NCBI GenBank assembly: GCA_965206845.1
Contig: OZ242221.1
Coordinates: forward strand, 1,248,001 to 1,312,000
Reading direction: 5' to 3'
From: Cenarchaeum sp.
GTDB taxonomy: Archaea; Thermoproteota; Nitrososphaeria; Nitrososphaerales; Nitrosopumilaceae
Length of the DNA stretch: 64,000 nucleotides
Shown: piece after piece, positions 10,736 through 21,109 of the stretch
Numbering within the stretch: the first letter of the stretch is position 1
How the letters are laid out: every line of letters starts with the position of its first letter
Notes under the pieces: model-generated
The model's database searches: none
What the model was told of the DNA's origin: nothing
Seen by the model: the letters and a program-made list of their open reading frames with translations, nothing else
Made by a program: the position numbers and the translations under genes

Positions 10736-11687
10736 ACTGGCAGACTACAAGACCGACGTGCACAATGACTGGTGTCCGGGCTGCGGCGACTTTGGAATCG
10801 TCAACGCCATCCAGATGGCCATGGCCGAGCTGCAGATTCCACGGCACCAGGCGGCCATATTCTCGGGGATCGGGTGCTCCGGCAAGACCTCCCACTTCAT
10901 CGACGTGTACGGCATTCACACGCTGCACGGCCGGGTTCTCCCGTTTGCGCAGGGAGCCAAGCTGGCAAACCCGCAGATGACCGTGGTTGCAGCCGGCGGC
11001 GACGGCGACGGCTTGGGAATCGGGGCGGGGCACTTTGTTGCCGCCGGGAGACGGAACATAGACATGACCTATATTGTATTTGACAACGGCGTGTACGGCC
11101 TCACCAAGGGCCAGGCGTCGCCGACACTAAGGCTGGGAGAGAAGACAAAGTCGCTTCCCACCCCCAACGCAAACTACAACGTGAATCCCATCGGACTTGC
11201 TGTAGTCAGCGGGTTCACGTTCGTGGCCCGGGGGTACTCGTACGACGTGCGGCACCTCAAGGATCTGATCAAGGCCGCCATCGCGCATCCCGGGCTTGCA
11301 TTTCTTGACGTGCTGCAGCCCTGCCCCACCTACAACGACATCAACACCAGGGACTGGTACGCCGGCCACGACCTAGCAACCGAGTCACAGGCGCGGCATT
11401 CCCGAATATACAAGCTGGAGGATCAAGGGTACGACCCCGTGGTTCACTACAGCGGGGGGGCAGAGGTTGACGAGCGGCTCAGCCAGGCTCTCATCAGGTC
11501 GCTGGAGTGGGACAGTAAGATACCCATCGGCGTCTTCTACAAGAACGAGCTCGTCGGGCCCTACGAGCATAGAATCATCAACAACATCCCAAACTACATG
11601 GAGAACCCCCCCGCGGCGCAGAGCATTGCCAGAAATGCCAAACCCAGAACCGACATCTCTGGACTGCTGGACTCGCTGGAGATCTAG
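10725..11687 (+). CDS. korB: 2-oxoacid:ferredoxin oxidoreductase, beta subunit
   Basis: WCPGCGD, SGIGCS and the TPP motif GGDGD...[11 protein letters not shown]. Confidence 0.94.
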   Translation: MALKLADYKTDVHNDWCPGCGDFGIVNAIQMAMAELQIPRHQAAIFSGIGCSGKTSHFIDVYGIHTLHGRVLPFAQGAKLANPQMTVVAAGGDGDGLGIGAGHFVAAGRRNIDMTYIVFDNGVYGLTKGQASPTLRLGEKTKSLPTPNANYNVNPIGLAVVSGFTFVARGYSYDVRHLKDLIKAAIAHPGLAFLDVLQPCPTYNDINTRDWYAGHDLATESQARHSRIYKLEDQGYDPVVHYSGGAEVDERLSQALIRSLEWDSKIPIGVFYKNELVGPYEHRIINNIPNYMENPPAAQSIARNAKPRTDISGLLDSLEI

Positions 11688-11708
11688 CCCCGGCAGACTC
11701 TGCCGGGG
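11688..11708. terminator. GC-rich perfect palindrome between convergent genes (candidate terminator hairpin)
   Basis: CCCCGGCAGA-C-TCTGCCGGGG directly after the korB stop. Confidence 0.4.
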
Positions 11709-11739
11709 TCGGTGACTGCCGGATCGTGCCCGGCGCCCG

Positions 11740-12261
11740 TCAGGCGTCATCTGTCATGGTGTACCGCCTCGTGCCTGCCTGCACTTCGTGGAGCCTCCAC
11801 CTCTTTGCGCCCTCGTCGAACCGGTACGTCATATCCGAGACATCCTGCGGCATCTTTGGCGACCCCATGTGGTACGGAAGCAGCTCCAGCACAAAGTCTA
11901 TCTTCTCCAGCGCGTTGTTGTACCACTGCCGGTCCCCGGCGTCCAGGACGAACCTTATCGAGGGACTGCCGGCAAAGTTGATGGTTATCTTGAGCGCGTT
12001 GTTTCGGCCGCGGCGCCGCTTCATCTCCTTGAGGAGCGCCTTGACGTTCTCCCACCTCCTAAAGTCAAACCACTCAAAGAACTCCTCTGAGAACGCCACC
12101 GGAATATCGATGTGCATGACGCTGGCAAAGCCAGCATAGTCCGGCTCAAGCTCCTCCTGGGTAATTTTGAATCTGGAATTGAGATAGCTGTACACCACCT
12201 CTATCTCCCATGGCGAGATGCCGTAGTATCGCAGGCCAGCCTTGAGAGGTTCATCGCTCAA
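11740..12261 (-). CDS. Conserved hypothetical protein
   Basis: 173-aa ORF with protein-like composition, filling the gap convergent to korB. Confidence 0.7.
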   Translation of the reverse strand: MSDEPLKAGLRYYGISPWEIEVVYSYLNSRFKITQEELEPDYAGFASVMHIDIPVAFSEEFFEWFDFRRWENVKALLKEMKRRRGRNNALKITINFAGSPSIRFVLDAGDRQWYNNALEKIDFVLELLPYHMGSPKMPQDVSDMTYRFDEGAKRWRLHEVQAGTRRYTMTDDA

Positions 12262-12845
12262 CGATCTCAGGGGCGGGGTTTTCTAATTAAAGGTTCACCG
12301 GCGTGTAGCGCGAGCCTGCGTCTGCCTCTGCGTGATCTGCAGATGGCAACCGTGTGGCAGTTGCCGCACCGGCCTAGCCGCCTGTGGCCGCATCAAACAG
12401 CGCGCACTCGCAACTGTCGCGTTCTCCGCAAAAAGGGCAGACACATCGACACATCTCAATGGGATTTGAGCATGTTACGCAGATTGCAAACTCCTCGTAT
12501 GGTACATCGTCTGCCATTAATTTCCAGTGAAACCTAATGCTATAAATGGTTTAAGACGGCTGTTTGGGAACTGCACAATCGTGCTCCGTAGTCGCGTTGA
12601 GGCAGGCGCACCACATACCAAAAATGGTTCGCGATACTCTTGTATGGTACGTGGCGCCACATGTGGCGGCCATGTCTTTGATCGAAGGATCAATTCACGC
12701 CCAGCACGAGCCAGCCTGTGAGTGACAGGACATGCGCAAGGCGTAATCGGGCACCGGTTTTCAAGTACCATTCCGCGCGGCTCGATGGGATCCGGATAGC
12801 AGGTAGGAAAACCACGGCGGCATAAGGAAGGCACACCTATTGACG

Positions 12846-13106
12846 TCAGAGCTGAATCAGGCTGTCGGGACTTGCATTTATGCAGTCAGTGCCCACAGCT
12901 TTCAGTGTGGTAAACCTGATCTTGCCCTGCGGAACAATCTGCCGCTTCTGGAGTGATGCCATCGTGTCCGACATCTTGTGCCTGTGAAGCTGACACACAA
13001 CACCCACCATGTACTCCCCGTCCTCGGACATGACCGATATGACAAATGTGGGCGGGTTTACACAGCGTCGCTCATTTGCTACTATTGAGCACCTGTCAGG
13101 CAGCAT
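12846..13106 (-). CDS. Small Cys-containing hypothetical protein
   Basis: MLPDRCS...C-x-NPP...GVVC-x-x-H...GTDCI; start chosen at ATG 13106. Confidence 0.65.
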   Translation of the reverse strand: MLPDRCSIVANERRCVNPPTFVISVMSEDGEYMVGVVCQLHRHKMSDTMASLQKRQIVPQGKIRFTTLKAVGTDCINASPDSLIQL

Positions 13107-13762
13107 AATCCGCAGGGCTACTCCATGGGATATTAAGATTGGCCGTTCGCATTCATAACCACAGAGGGCCGGGTTGGACATGGGTCAAACCCTCGCCTTC
13201 GACCGTACCGGTCATTATTTATGCAAAAACTTGCACAGAATTGTCAGAAATATCCAAATTAATCTAACCTCTTGCATATAAGTTGCAGCTATGATTAAAT
13301 ACTTCAGCAATTATCGTATGATGTTACAATGACATCTTCTAGACTTGGTATGAAAAATGCAAAATCCCTTCTCTTTGCCGTTTTTATAACTGGAATCATG
13401 GTGGCAGCCGGCCCTATGGCATACGCTGGAAGCGGTTATAATTCCAACTCTACAGGACATGACAAGGACGAACGCATGGAATCATACTCTATGATGAGTC
13501 CAATGCCTGACGAGTCTGGAAGGTACAGCGCACCGCAGCAACAGCTGAGTGACGGGGTTCCTATTTACAAGATCCAGTGTAATGATCCATTGATGCTGTA
13601 CATCAGGGATGCACCAGACCTTGATACCATGATGAGTATGATGGACAAATCGATGGGTGACCATATGGACATGAAGGACGATGCTATGGATGGCATGGAG
13701 GACGACAGCATGTCAGACGATGCCATGGAAGATGACGCCATGTCATGGAAGAGACGATGACC

Positions 13763-14421
13763 ATGGAAGATGACGCCATGTCAGACGATGCCATGGAAGA
13801 TGACGCCATGTCAGACGATGCCATGGAAGATGACGCCATGTCAGACGATGCCATGGAAGATGACGCCATGTCAGACGATGCCATGGAAGATGACGCCATG
13901 TCAGACGATGCCATGGAAGATGACGCCATGTCAGACGATGCCATGGAAGATGACGCCATGTCAGACGATGCCATGGAAGATGACGCCATGTCAGACGATG
14001 CCATGGAAGATGACGCCATGTCAGACGATGCCATGGAAGATGACGCCATGTCAGACGATGCCATGGAAGAGACGCCATGTCAGACGATGCCATGGAAGAT
14101 GACGCCATGTCAGACGATGCCATGGAAGATGACGCCATGTCAGACGATGCCATGGAAGATGACGCCATGTCAGACGATGCCATGGAAGATGACGCCATGT
14201 CAGACGATGCCATGGAAGATGACGCCATGTCAGACGATGCCATGGAAGATGACGCCATGTCAGACGATGCCATGGAAGATGACGCCATGTCAGACGATGC
14301 CATGGAAGATGACGCCATGTCAGACGATGCCATGGAAGATGACGCCATGTCAGACGATGCCATGGAAGATGACGCCATGTCAGACGATGCCATGGAAGAT
14401 GACGCCATGTCAGACGACAGC
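13763..14421 (+). repeat. 30-bp tandem repeat ATGGAAGATGACGCCATGTCAGACGATGCC, about 22 units (encodes MEDDAMSDDA)
   Basis: 10 perfect units 13763-14062, one 29-bp unit missing a T (14063-14091), 10 perfect units and one variant unit. Confidence 0.97.
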
Positions 14422-14610
14422 ATGAAAGACGGGCGGATGGATTCCGGCATGATGTCCATGAAGATGGCCTTCGATGATGCCACGCCGTTATGCCTTAGCC
14501 CTGATACGGCTGAAATCCTAACAGAACGCGGCATAGATTTGACACTGTTTTCAACTTTGCACGACGCCATGGTGGAAAAATACGACACTATGACCATGAA
14601 GGACGATGCC

Positions 14611-14730
14611 ATGGAAGATGACGCCATGTCAGACGATGCCATGGAAGATGACGCCATGTCAGACGATGCCATGGAAGATGATGCCATGTCAGACGATGCC
14701 ATGGAAGATGATGCCATGTCAGACGATGCC
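14611..14730 (+). repeat. Second array of the same 30-bp repeat, 4 units
   Basis: Directly visible; units 3-4 carry a silent GAC>GAT change. Confidence 0.95.
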
Positions 14731-15122
14731 ATGGAAGACAATCCATAGATGCTGCAACTGCAACAATAATGGGAACATCATTGACAACCTGATCATGCTT
14801 GGCACGGGCAAGTGCTATTCTGTTTGTGTGTAACCTGCAAGGAGATCAGGGCATGGCCCTTTGCTATCTGCCCAGCTTGGTACATGGCGCCTGACCCGTC
14901 AATGCGCATATGTCAGCTCCCGAAACCCGGCAGATCCAGAAGACGCTAAACTGGGCAGCTGCACTCCTGGGAGGAAAGGGTTTGGAAGCAGAGATCCTGT
15001 ACGTGGTAAATCTGAACCTGGTCACTGTTTGTAATCAATGCATGTGCGCCAAAATTGTGCCCGAATCTGGGCACTCGTCGGAATGATTTGGTTATATAAC
15101 TGACGCATCATGTAGAGCATAA

Positions 15123-16427
15123 TTGGCGCAGAGATTTGATCTGGTAATTGTTGGCGGCGGAATCCTTGGCGTATCGCTGTCGTACTTTGCCTCGTTTCTG
15201 AACCCCGGTAAAAAGATCGCAGTGGTGGAGCAGGAGCACCGGGTGGCCTTTCACACCAGCGGCAGAAACACGGGCAAGGTTCATGCGCCATACCTGTACC
15301 ACCCGGTGAAGAAGAGATCCATGGCAAGGGCCGCCTTCTGCGGATTTGACATGTGGGAGACGTATGCGCGGGAGAAGGGGCTGCCCTTCAAGAGGGACGG
15401 GGTACTGGAGGTATCGCTTGATGCGGCCGGAACCAAAACCCTGGAAAAGTATCTCCGATGGGGAATAAGAAACGGCCTGACCGAGGACGACATCGAGCTC
15501 GTTACCGCGGAGCAGCTGGGGAAGATCGAGCCTGCGGTCCGGTGCCACTCGGCTCTGCGCGTCCACCGGGACGGCTCTGCGGACTATGCTGCGTTTACGG
15601 ATTCACTGATGAGGGACAGCCGCAGCTCGGGAGTGGAGCTTCTTTTGGGCATGGGGGTGATTAAGATTGCCCGAGCCGGCGACTGGGAGATAACTCTGGA
15701 TGGCGACATCTCGATCACCGCGGGCTTTGTGATAAATGCCGCCGGCGGTAGGGCAGTTGACATAGCGCACAGCGTGGGTGTGGCCGAAGACCTAACTGAC
15801 GTGCACTTTAGGGGCGAGTACTGGAGGGCGCCCCACAGACACCGAAACCTGACCCGGACCAGCGTCTACTCTGTGCCAGACTTCCCCGAGTACCCGTTCC
15901 TGGATCCACACTGGATAATCAGGGTGGACGGCAGCTGCGAGATCGGGCCCAACGCAGTACCGGTCTTCAGCCCATACGGGTACGACCGTGCAGAGAATGT
16001 CAGAAGGTTTGTACCCAAGGTTCTAGAGATGCTGGGGTCTGGCGCACGCAAGGCCATCTTTGATAGGCGGTTCCGGGAGCTGGCGCTGAACGAGATCCAG
16101 TCGTCGATCTCCAAACCCGCAATGGTTGAGAGGGTGAGGCGGTTTCTGCCCGCGCTAAACGCAGACGAGTTTACCCAGCGCGGCACGGCGGGAATCCGGT
16201 CGTCGGTGATTGATGATCGTGGCCGATTCCTCCCAGAAGCAGTTCTAGTGGAGGGTGAGTCGTCCCTTCACATACTCAACTATAACTCCCCCGGGGCCAC
16301 GGGAGCGCTTCCCTTTGTGGCGCAAACACTACACATGCTCTCAGAGAGGGGTCACTTTGTGAACCAGCTCCAGGATGCCCGGTGCGGTCCCTGGAAGTTT
16401 GGAGACATCCTAGAGAGGATCCTGTAG
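15123..16427 (+). CDS. FAD-dependent oxidoreductase, L-2-hydroxyglutarate oxidase (LhgO)-like
   Basis: GGGILG Rossmann motif, SGRNTG-x-x-H, FRGEY, P-F-L-D-P-H, GPNA and SPGAT motifs. Confidence 0.85.
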   Translation: MAQRFDLVIVGGGILGVSLSYFASFLNPGKKIAVVEQEHRVAFHTSGRNTGKVHAPYLYHPVKKRSMARAAFCGFDMWETYAREKGLPFKRDGVLEVSLDAAGTKTLEKYLRWGIRNGLTEDDIELVTAEQLGKIEPAVRCHSALRVHRDGSADYAAFTDSLMRDSRSSGVELLLGMGVIKIARAGDWEITLDGDISITAGFVINAAGGRAVDIAHSVGVAEDLTDVHFRGEYWRAPHRHRNLTRTSVYSVPDFPEYPFLDPHWIIRVDGSCEIGPNAVPVFSPYGYDRAENVRRFVPKVLEMLGSGARKAIFDRRFRELALNEIQSSISKPAMVERVRRFLPALNADEFTQRGTAGIRSSVIDDRGRFLPEAVLVEGESSLHILNYNSPGATGALPFVAQTLHMLSERGHFVNQLQDARCGPWKFGDILERIL

Positions 16428-16540
16428 GGATGCGGCCTTGCCGTACCCATACCGCCCGTACCGGTGCATGGGCCGGGTGTACGCATCCGTACGGGTATCA
16501 TGCCTTGATTGTGGCGCAAGGGCAACCCGTACCCATAAAT

Positions 16541-17092
16541 CTAGATTGTCAGTATGTACTTCCACAGGTAAAGGCTACCCACTGCTCCTATGAAGAGCGC
16601 CATGGGCTTCCACGCCAGTACCGGTATACTGGGAGTTGATAGCTTTATCCTGTAGTTGTCAAAGACCTCGTGCACGAACTTGCTGATCCGGCTGTTCCAG
16701 ATCCTGTACTCTACTCCATGCTTTTTGAGCATCTGCCCTATCTCGTAAACCACCGGAGTCCTCTGGCAGAAGAGGTGCTGCAGGTAGTCCCTGGACACCT
16801 CAACCTCTGCGTGTATGGCAACCAGATCTTTTTTGAGACGTGTCATCCTGATGTGCATCTCCCATGGCTTCTTCAGCTTCAGGTTGAGACCACTTCCAAT
16901 CTGGTTGGGTTGCTTGTGCTCAAACTTTACCTTTGTGAATCCCTCCTCATCGAAGATCTTGCTCATCTCATCAAAGCTCTTCTTTACTACTACATGCAGC
17001 TGCTCCACACCGGCAAGGCTGTCGGCTCTGATGATTCCCTTGATCCCGTCAAGGAACGAGATCGACTTTGGATATGTGGTTACGAACTCCAA
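16541..17092 (-). CDS. Conserved hypothetical protein with C-terminal TM helix
   Basis: 183-aa ORF with PWEMH and HAEVEVSRDYLQHL segments and a hydrophobic C-terminus. Confidence 0.7.
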   Translation of the reverse strand: MEFVTTYPKSISFLDGIKGIIRADSLAGVEQLHVVVKKSFDEMSKIFDEEGFTKVKFEHKQPNQIGSGLNLKLKKPWEMHIRMTRLKKDLVAIHAEVEVSRDYLQHLFCQRTPVVYEIGQMLKKHGVEYRIWNSRISKFVHEVFDNYRIKLSTPSIPVLAWKPMALFIGAVGSLYLWKYILTI

Positions 17093-17225
17093 TTGCTTTC
17101 GCCTCGTAAAACCCTCTATTTAAAACTGATTTGCAGCTTTTTTTAACGAACCGAGTTGCTTGCGCTACCTGGACCTGCCTGGGGTCCTATGGGCCTTGAT
17201 CCGGTACCTGGCTTACCGGAACAGA

Positions 17226-18014
17226 TCATCCGAACTCTGGGGCTTGGGTATGCTTGGCCAGGGAACGGACGTACAGGCACCTGTCCGGGGAGACTGCCGC
17301 CTCCCGGGGTTCGATCCTCCTTCCCACGATCCTTGCCCCCGAGTTCCGTATCAGCGCCGCCGGTGTTGACTGGGCGCCCTCGCCCATGGTGTGGTTGCCC
17401 GCAGTGGCCAGGTTGTCGGCTACTGCCTGGAACGTAACCCTGAGCGGGTTGCCGTCCAGATCCTTCTGCCCCCTCATGTCTGTCACGGGTTCGATCCCGG
17501 CACAACCTATGGCGACTCCGGTGGTTCCAGCCCGTCCCGGCATCAGCCTGCTGTCGGCTATCACGACCCCTGTGCTGGTCGTGTATCTCAAAAAGATCTT
17601 TCTGCGGATCTGCTCTGCTGCCAGGTATGGCTCCTGCGGATAGAGTACTATTCTGCCCCTGCCGGCACTGGATCTGTCTATTCCGGCGTTTGGCGCAATG
17701 ATGCCGTCGGCCACAGTGAGGACAAAGCCCGCAGTGCCGCCAAATGCCTCATCCGACTCCCGCAGTATGGCCTCGGCGATCTCCTGCGGTATCCTGTACC
17801 TTCGTCCCATCTCTGCGGCTTGTGCGGATCCGGCGATCCTCGCGACGGAGATCGTCCGTCCCTGCGAGACTGCGAGGTATTTGCTGGATATCACCAGCAC
17901 ATCCTCATTCTGGGGCTCAAGGCCGCTCTTCTGCAGGGCCCGGGCCAGCTCCTCAAAGACATCAAACTCTTCGTCCTGCCTGTCGGCCCTGAGCGGATAC
18001 GCTGCAAGCTGCAC
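17226..18014 (-). CDS. cofE: Coenzyme F420-0:L-glutamate ligase
   Basis: DVLVISSK, PNAGID-x-S, IADSR, G-x-x-D-L-x-G-x-x-L-x-V-T and MGEG motifs; start estimated at GTG 18014. Confidence 0.85.
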   Translation of the reverse strand: MQLAAYPLRADRQDEEFDVFEELARALQKSGLEPQNEDVLVISSKYLAVSQGRTISVARIAGSAQAAEMGRRYRIPQEIAEAILRESDEAFGGTAGFVLTVADGIIAPNAGIDRSSAGRGRIVLYPQEPYLAAEQIRRKIFLRYTTSTGVVIADSRLMPGRAGTTGVAIGCAGIEPVTDMRGQKDLDGNPLRVTFQAVADNLATAGNHTMGEGAQSTPAALIRNSGARIVGRRIEPREAAVSPDRCLYVRSLAKHTQAPEFG

Positions 18015-18129
18015 GATCCAAGGTGGCGCAGTCTCTTTTTTTACTCTTGTGAAGCCGTACCAGATTGTGTCTTTTATTGCATGCAATTCTGCGAATCTTC
18101 GATAAAACCTTAAAATTCGGGCCTGGCTA

Positions 18130-18504
18130 ATGTTCCCTATGGCAGACCAGACAGATGTGGAGGTAAGAGAGGAACTGGTGCCAAAGACCTACACTCCAGA
18201 AGAGATCGCTGATATAGCAAGAATGGTCGAGACGCCCAGGGACAACACCCCGCCCTACGACCCGCAGCACCAGCTCAGTCCCGAGTTTGGTGGAACATCC
18301 AGCTATGAGATAGGCATGCGGGACATGAAGCGGGAGGCCATGGACAGACTGGAGCGTCTGCAGCAGAACCCCGATGTCCGCCCCCAAGAGATCAAGGAGG
18401 CGCAGGAGGCCCTCAAGACACTGGACTGCCTATATGAGAACTTTAATCTGGGGATGAATGTCTTCCGTACCGCCAAGGGCGGACGGGACAAGCTCCGGGG
18501 GTAG
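18130..18504 (+). CDS. Hypothetical protein
   Basis: 124-aa ORF divergent from cofE with protein-like composition. Confidence 0.6.
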   Translation: MFPMADQTDVEVREELVPKTYTPEEIADIARMVETPRDNTPPYDPQHQLSPEFGGTSSYEIGMRDMKREAMDRLERLQQNPDVRPQEIKEAQEALKTLDCLYENFNLGMNVFRTAKGGRDKLRG

Positions 18505-18747
18505 ACCGGCGGCTTCATCTTCAGTTAACCCAAAAGTGCCACTATGGGGGCGAGATCCCGGTCGGAACAGATCAATGAGGGGGTGCCCCTTTATGGTTCC
18601 AAGCAAAAACCGCCCGAAGCGCACTTGCCGGCGCAATCGGGCTGATGTGGTTATATCGTGGGTGTCATGGGTGCAGGCTTGTCACGCGTTCCGCTATCCG
18701 ACATGGGGCGTACTACTTTTCGGACTAGATAAACCCCCGACTACAGA

Positions 18748-19885
18748 AGCTGTGTCCTACAAGCATATATGAACTGGAATCGGTTCTGTCGATTTGATTC
18801 ATTTGGAAACATGTGGCTCAAGACGTTTGAGGCCTTCGAGGGGTGCGGGATACCGATCAAGCTTGCCAACACGTACAAGATGAAGATAATATCGGACACC
18901 GACGTCAAGACGGATCCCATCGACGCGCAAAAGATTGCAAACGCGCTGCACGTGGGGATTATCCCAGAATGCTACGTGGCACCATCGGATTTGCGCGATG
19001 TCAGGGAACTGCTCAGGTACAGGATAAGCATGGTTCAGGCAAGGACTGCCCTGATCAACTACACGCACGGCTTGCTTGACAAGTACGACGTGATGCCAGA
19101 CGTCTCAAGGATGCACAGCAAAAAGGCCATCAGGCTGCTTTCGCAGATACGCCTTAAGAAACCAAATGACAACATGATCCTGCAAAACTGCGTCAAAAGG
19201 ATTGCACATGCCACAGAGCAGATATCTGGCATCGAGGCAGAGATAGACAGGCAGGCCGCAGTCAACGAGGATGTGAAACTGCTGATGAGCATGACTGGCA
19301 TAGAGGCGTTTGCCGCGATGCTGCTGGTATCTGAGATTGGCGGCATCACCAGGTTCAAGACCGCAGACAGACTGGTCTCATGGACCGGGATGTGTCCGCG
19401 AGTCTACCAGTCCGGCAACGTGACGCACCACGGCCGCATGAAAAAGGCGTCAAACCGAAGGGTAAACTGGATAATGATCCAAGCAGCCAACGTGGCAGTG
19501 CGCCATGATGACAGACTGAAGTGGTTCTATCAAAATGCCAAGACAAGGCACGGTGGCAACCACCCGATTGCCATAACACACGTGGCAAACAAGATGGTGA
19601 GGATCATCTGGAAGATGCTGACTGCCAAGGAACCATACGAGTCCCATGACGCAAGCAGATATGCCAAAAAGATGAAAAGAATGAAGAAGATTCTGCAGTA
19701 GGTGCACGGGGCGGACTGGCCAGCTAGGCTGGCCCGCACCAGTACATTTTCTGCAATCCAATTCCTAGCGCTAGCTTTAAAGTTGTACGCGCGTAACCTA
19801 GGCGTGGATCAGAAGTCAGACGGAATCAACGCTTGACTATGACCGGATGTTTTAACATAGGTGGTTATGCCTGTAGGACACAGCC
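18748..19885. mobile_element. Non-autonomous element with IS5-type ends carrying a truncated IS110
   Basis: Imperfect 20-bp TIRs (AGCTGTGTCCTACAAGCATA at 18748-18767 and TATGCCTGTAGGACACAGCC at 19866-19885); the TIR core matches the neighbouring IS5-type element. Confidence 0.75.
18769..19701 (+). pseudogene. IS110-family transposase/recombinase, N-terminally truncated
   Basis: KTD-x-x-DA (3rd and 4th DEDD residues), S-x-x-GI...EIG...RF, G-x-x-P-x-x-x-QSG and HVANKMVRIIW motifs; the N-terminal G-x-D segment is missing. Confidence 0.85.
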
Positions 19886-19894
19886 TCTGTAGTC

Positions 19895-21109
19895 GGCTGT
19901 GTCCTACTAAGATATACCTGTCCAATAGCAAGGCATATTGATCTGAGGATCGCGGGCCCGCCAAGTGTCTGAAAGGAAACGCGATCAACGACAGTACGAC
20001 CTGATTCAGCAATACCTGCCCGGTCTAATCCTCAACACGATTCTGAAAATAGCCAACGACCTGGGCGACCCGTATACTGCCAGGCCCAGCCTGGGCGGCA
20101 TGACTGCATATCCGCCTAGGGCCATGGCCGCAGTGTGCATAGTCATGGAGGCCGAGCGCAAGACCTATCGCAAGATGGTCGGCCATCTCCGAAACAACCG
20201 CGACACCGTCGCGAAGATCGGACTGCGCAAGATTCCCTCCAAGAGCACCATTGCCCGCGCCTACGGCCTCATTCCGGATCGGTACCTGGCGGAGGTGCAC
20301 CGCAGGGTCATCTGCGAAATATCTGCAGGATCGGTGGCAGGAGACAGCACAGGATACTCTGACAGCAGCTTCGTCAGGTGGTATGACGTGCGGACCGACA
20401 GCGTGAAAACCAAGAGGGGTTGGGTCAAGCTCCACAGCATCATCGATATACAGACGAGGGTGGTGCTTGACTACCTCGTGACGGCCAGCAACGTGGCTGA
20501 CATCATTGGACTGCGAAGCATGCTGGCCAGATTTGAGGGGGGTGCGGGCCACTTCTGCCTGGATTCGGCCTACCTTGCAAGGGATGTGTGCAGCGCGATA
20601 TCGAAGATGGGCATGGTGCCGCGCATCAAGCCGAAATCCAACACGATTCACAACGCCTTTGGAAGCCAGGCGTGGCGCGAGATGGTAGACCTGTCCGTGC
20701 AGGATCCGGACACGTTCAAGTCGGAGTACCACCAGCGCAGCATCATAGAGGCGGTGTTTGGCGCCATCAAGAAGATGTACGGAAACCACACGCGCTGCCA
20801 CAAGCCGGAGAACCAGTGCAAGGAGATTGCAATTCGGATAATCTGCTACAACATAGAACTCGTGGCCAGATCGAAGGCAAGGGACGGCAGGCTCACACCG
20901 AAGATGATCGCTACCATGACTGCATGACCGGCGCGGCCTCCACCGCGCCTACCCAGCGGAGCCTGCGCATCATGCCTTGGGACGGGGGCGATTTTATGGT
21001 TTCCGGATGATCAGTGAAGCGGAGCTGCCACAATGTCTGCGAATTATGAGACGGCCGGTGTCTCAGCCACCAAGCAGGGAGTGGTGGCTTTTATTCATAG
21101 GACACAGCC
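19895..21109 (+). mobile_element. IS5-family (IS903-like) insertion sequence
   Basis: 12-bp perfect TIRs GGCTGTGTCCTA (19895-19906) / TAGGACACAGCC (21098-21109) around a single DDE transposase. Confidence 0.85.
19965..20927 (+). CDS. IS5-family DDE transposase
   Basis: GDSTG, W-x-KLH, LDSAY and YHQRS-x-x-E-x-x-F motifs. Confidence 0.9.
   Translation: MSERKRDQRQYDLIQQYLPGLILNTILKIANDLGDPYTARPSLGGMTAYPPRAMAAVCIVMEAERKTYRKMVGHLRNNRDTVAKIGLRKIPSKSTIARAYGLIPDRYLAEVHRRVICEISAGSVAGDSTGYSDSSFVRWYDVRTDSVKTKRGWVKLHSIIDIQTRVVLDYLVTASNVADIIGLRSMLARFEGGAGHFCLDSAYLARDVCSAISKMGMVPRIKPKSNTIHNAFGSQAWREMVDLSVQDPDTFKSEYHQRSIIEAVFGAIKKMYGNHTRCHKPENQCKEIAIRIICYNIELVARSKARDGRLTPKMIATMTA

Larger units (their letters stand above)
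13329..14748 (+). pseudogene. Secreted Met/Asp-rich repeat protein, frameshifted (about 13745 and about 14070)
   Basis: Signal peptide (…GPMAYA); protein-like text continues across three frames (13329-13760, 13745-14069, 14077-14748). Confidence 0.7.

Noticed and set aside
12262-12845. About 580-bp gap with short ORFs; possible ncRNA or IS relic
   Set aside because: No recognisable motif, repeat, or SRP/RNase P/5S signature that I can support.
13763-14730. 30-bp repeat array as a CRISPR array
   Set aside because: Units are head-to-tail with no unique spacers, are in frame with a coding sequence, and no cas genes are present.
13684-14833. Alternative-frame and antisense ORFs (MASSDMASSS…, MPWKMTPCQT…, PWHRLTWRHL…)
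   Set aside because: By-products of a stop-free repeat; only the EDDAM frame joins the signal peptide and the conserved flanks.
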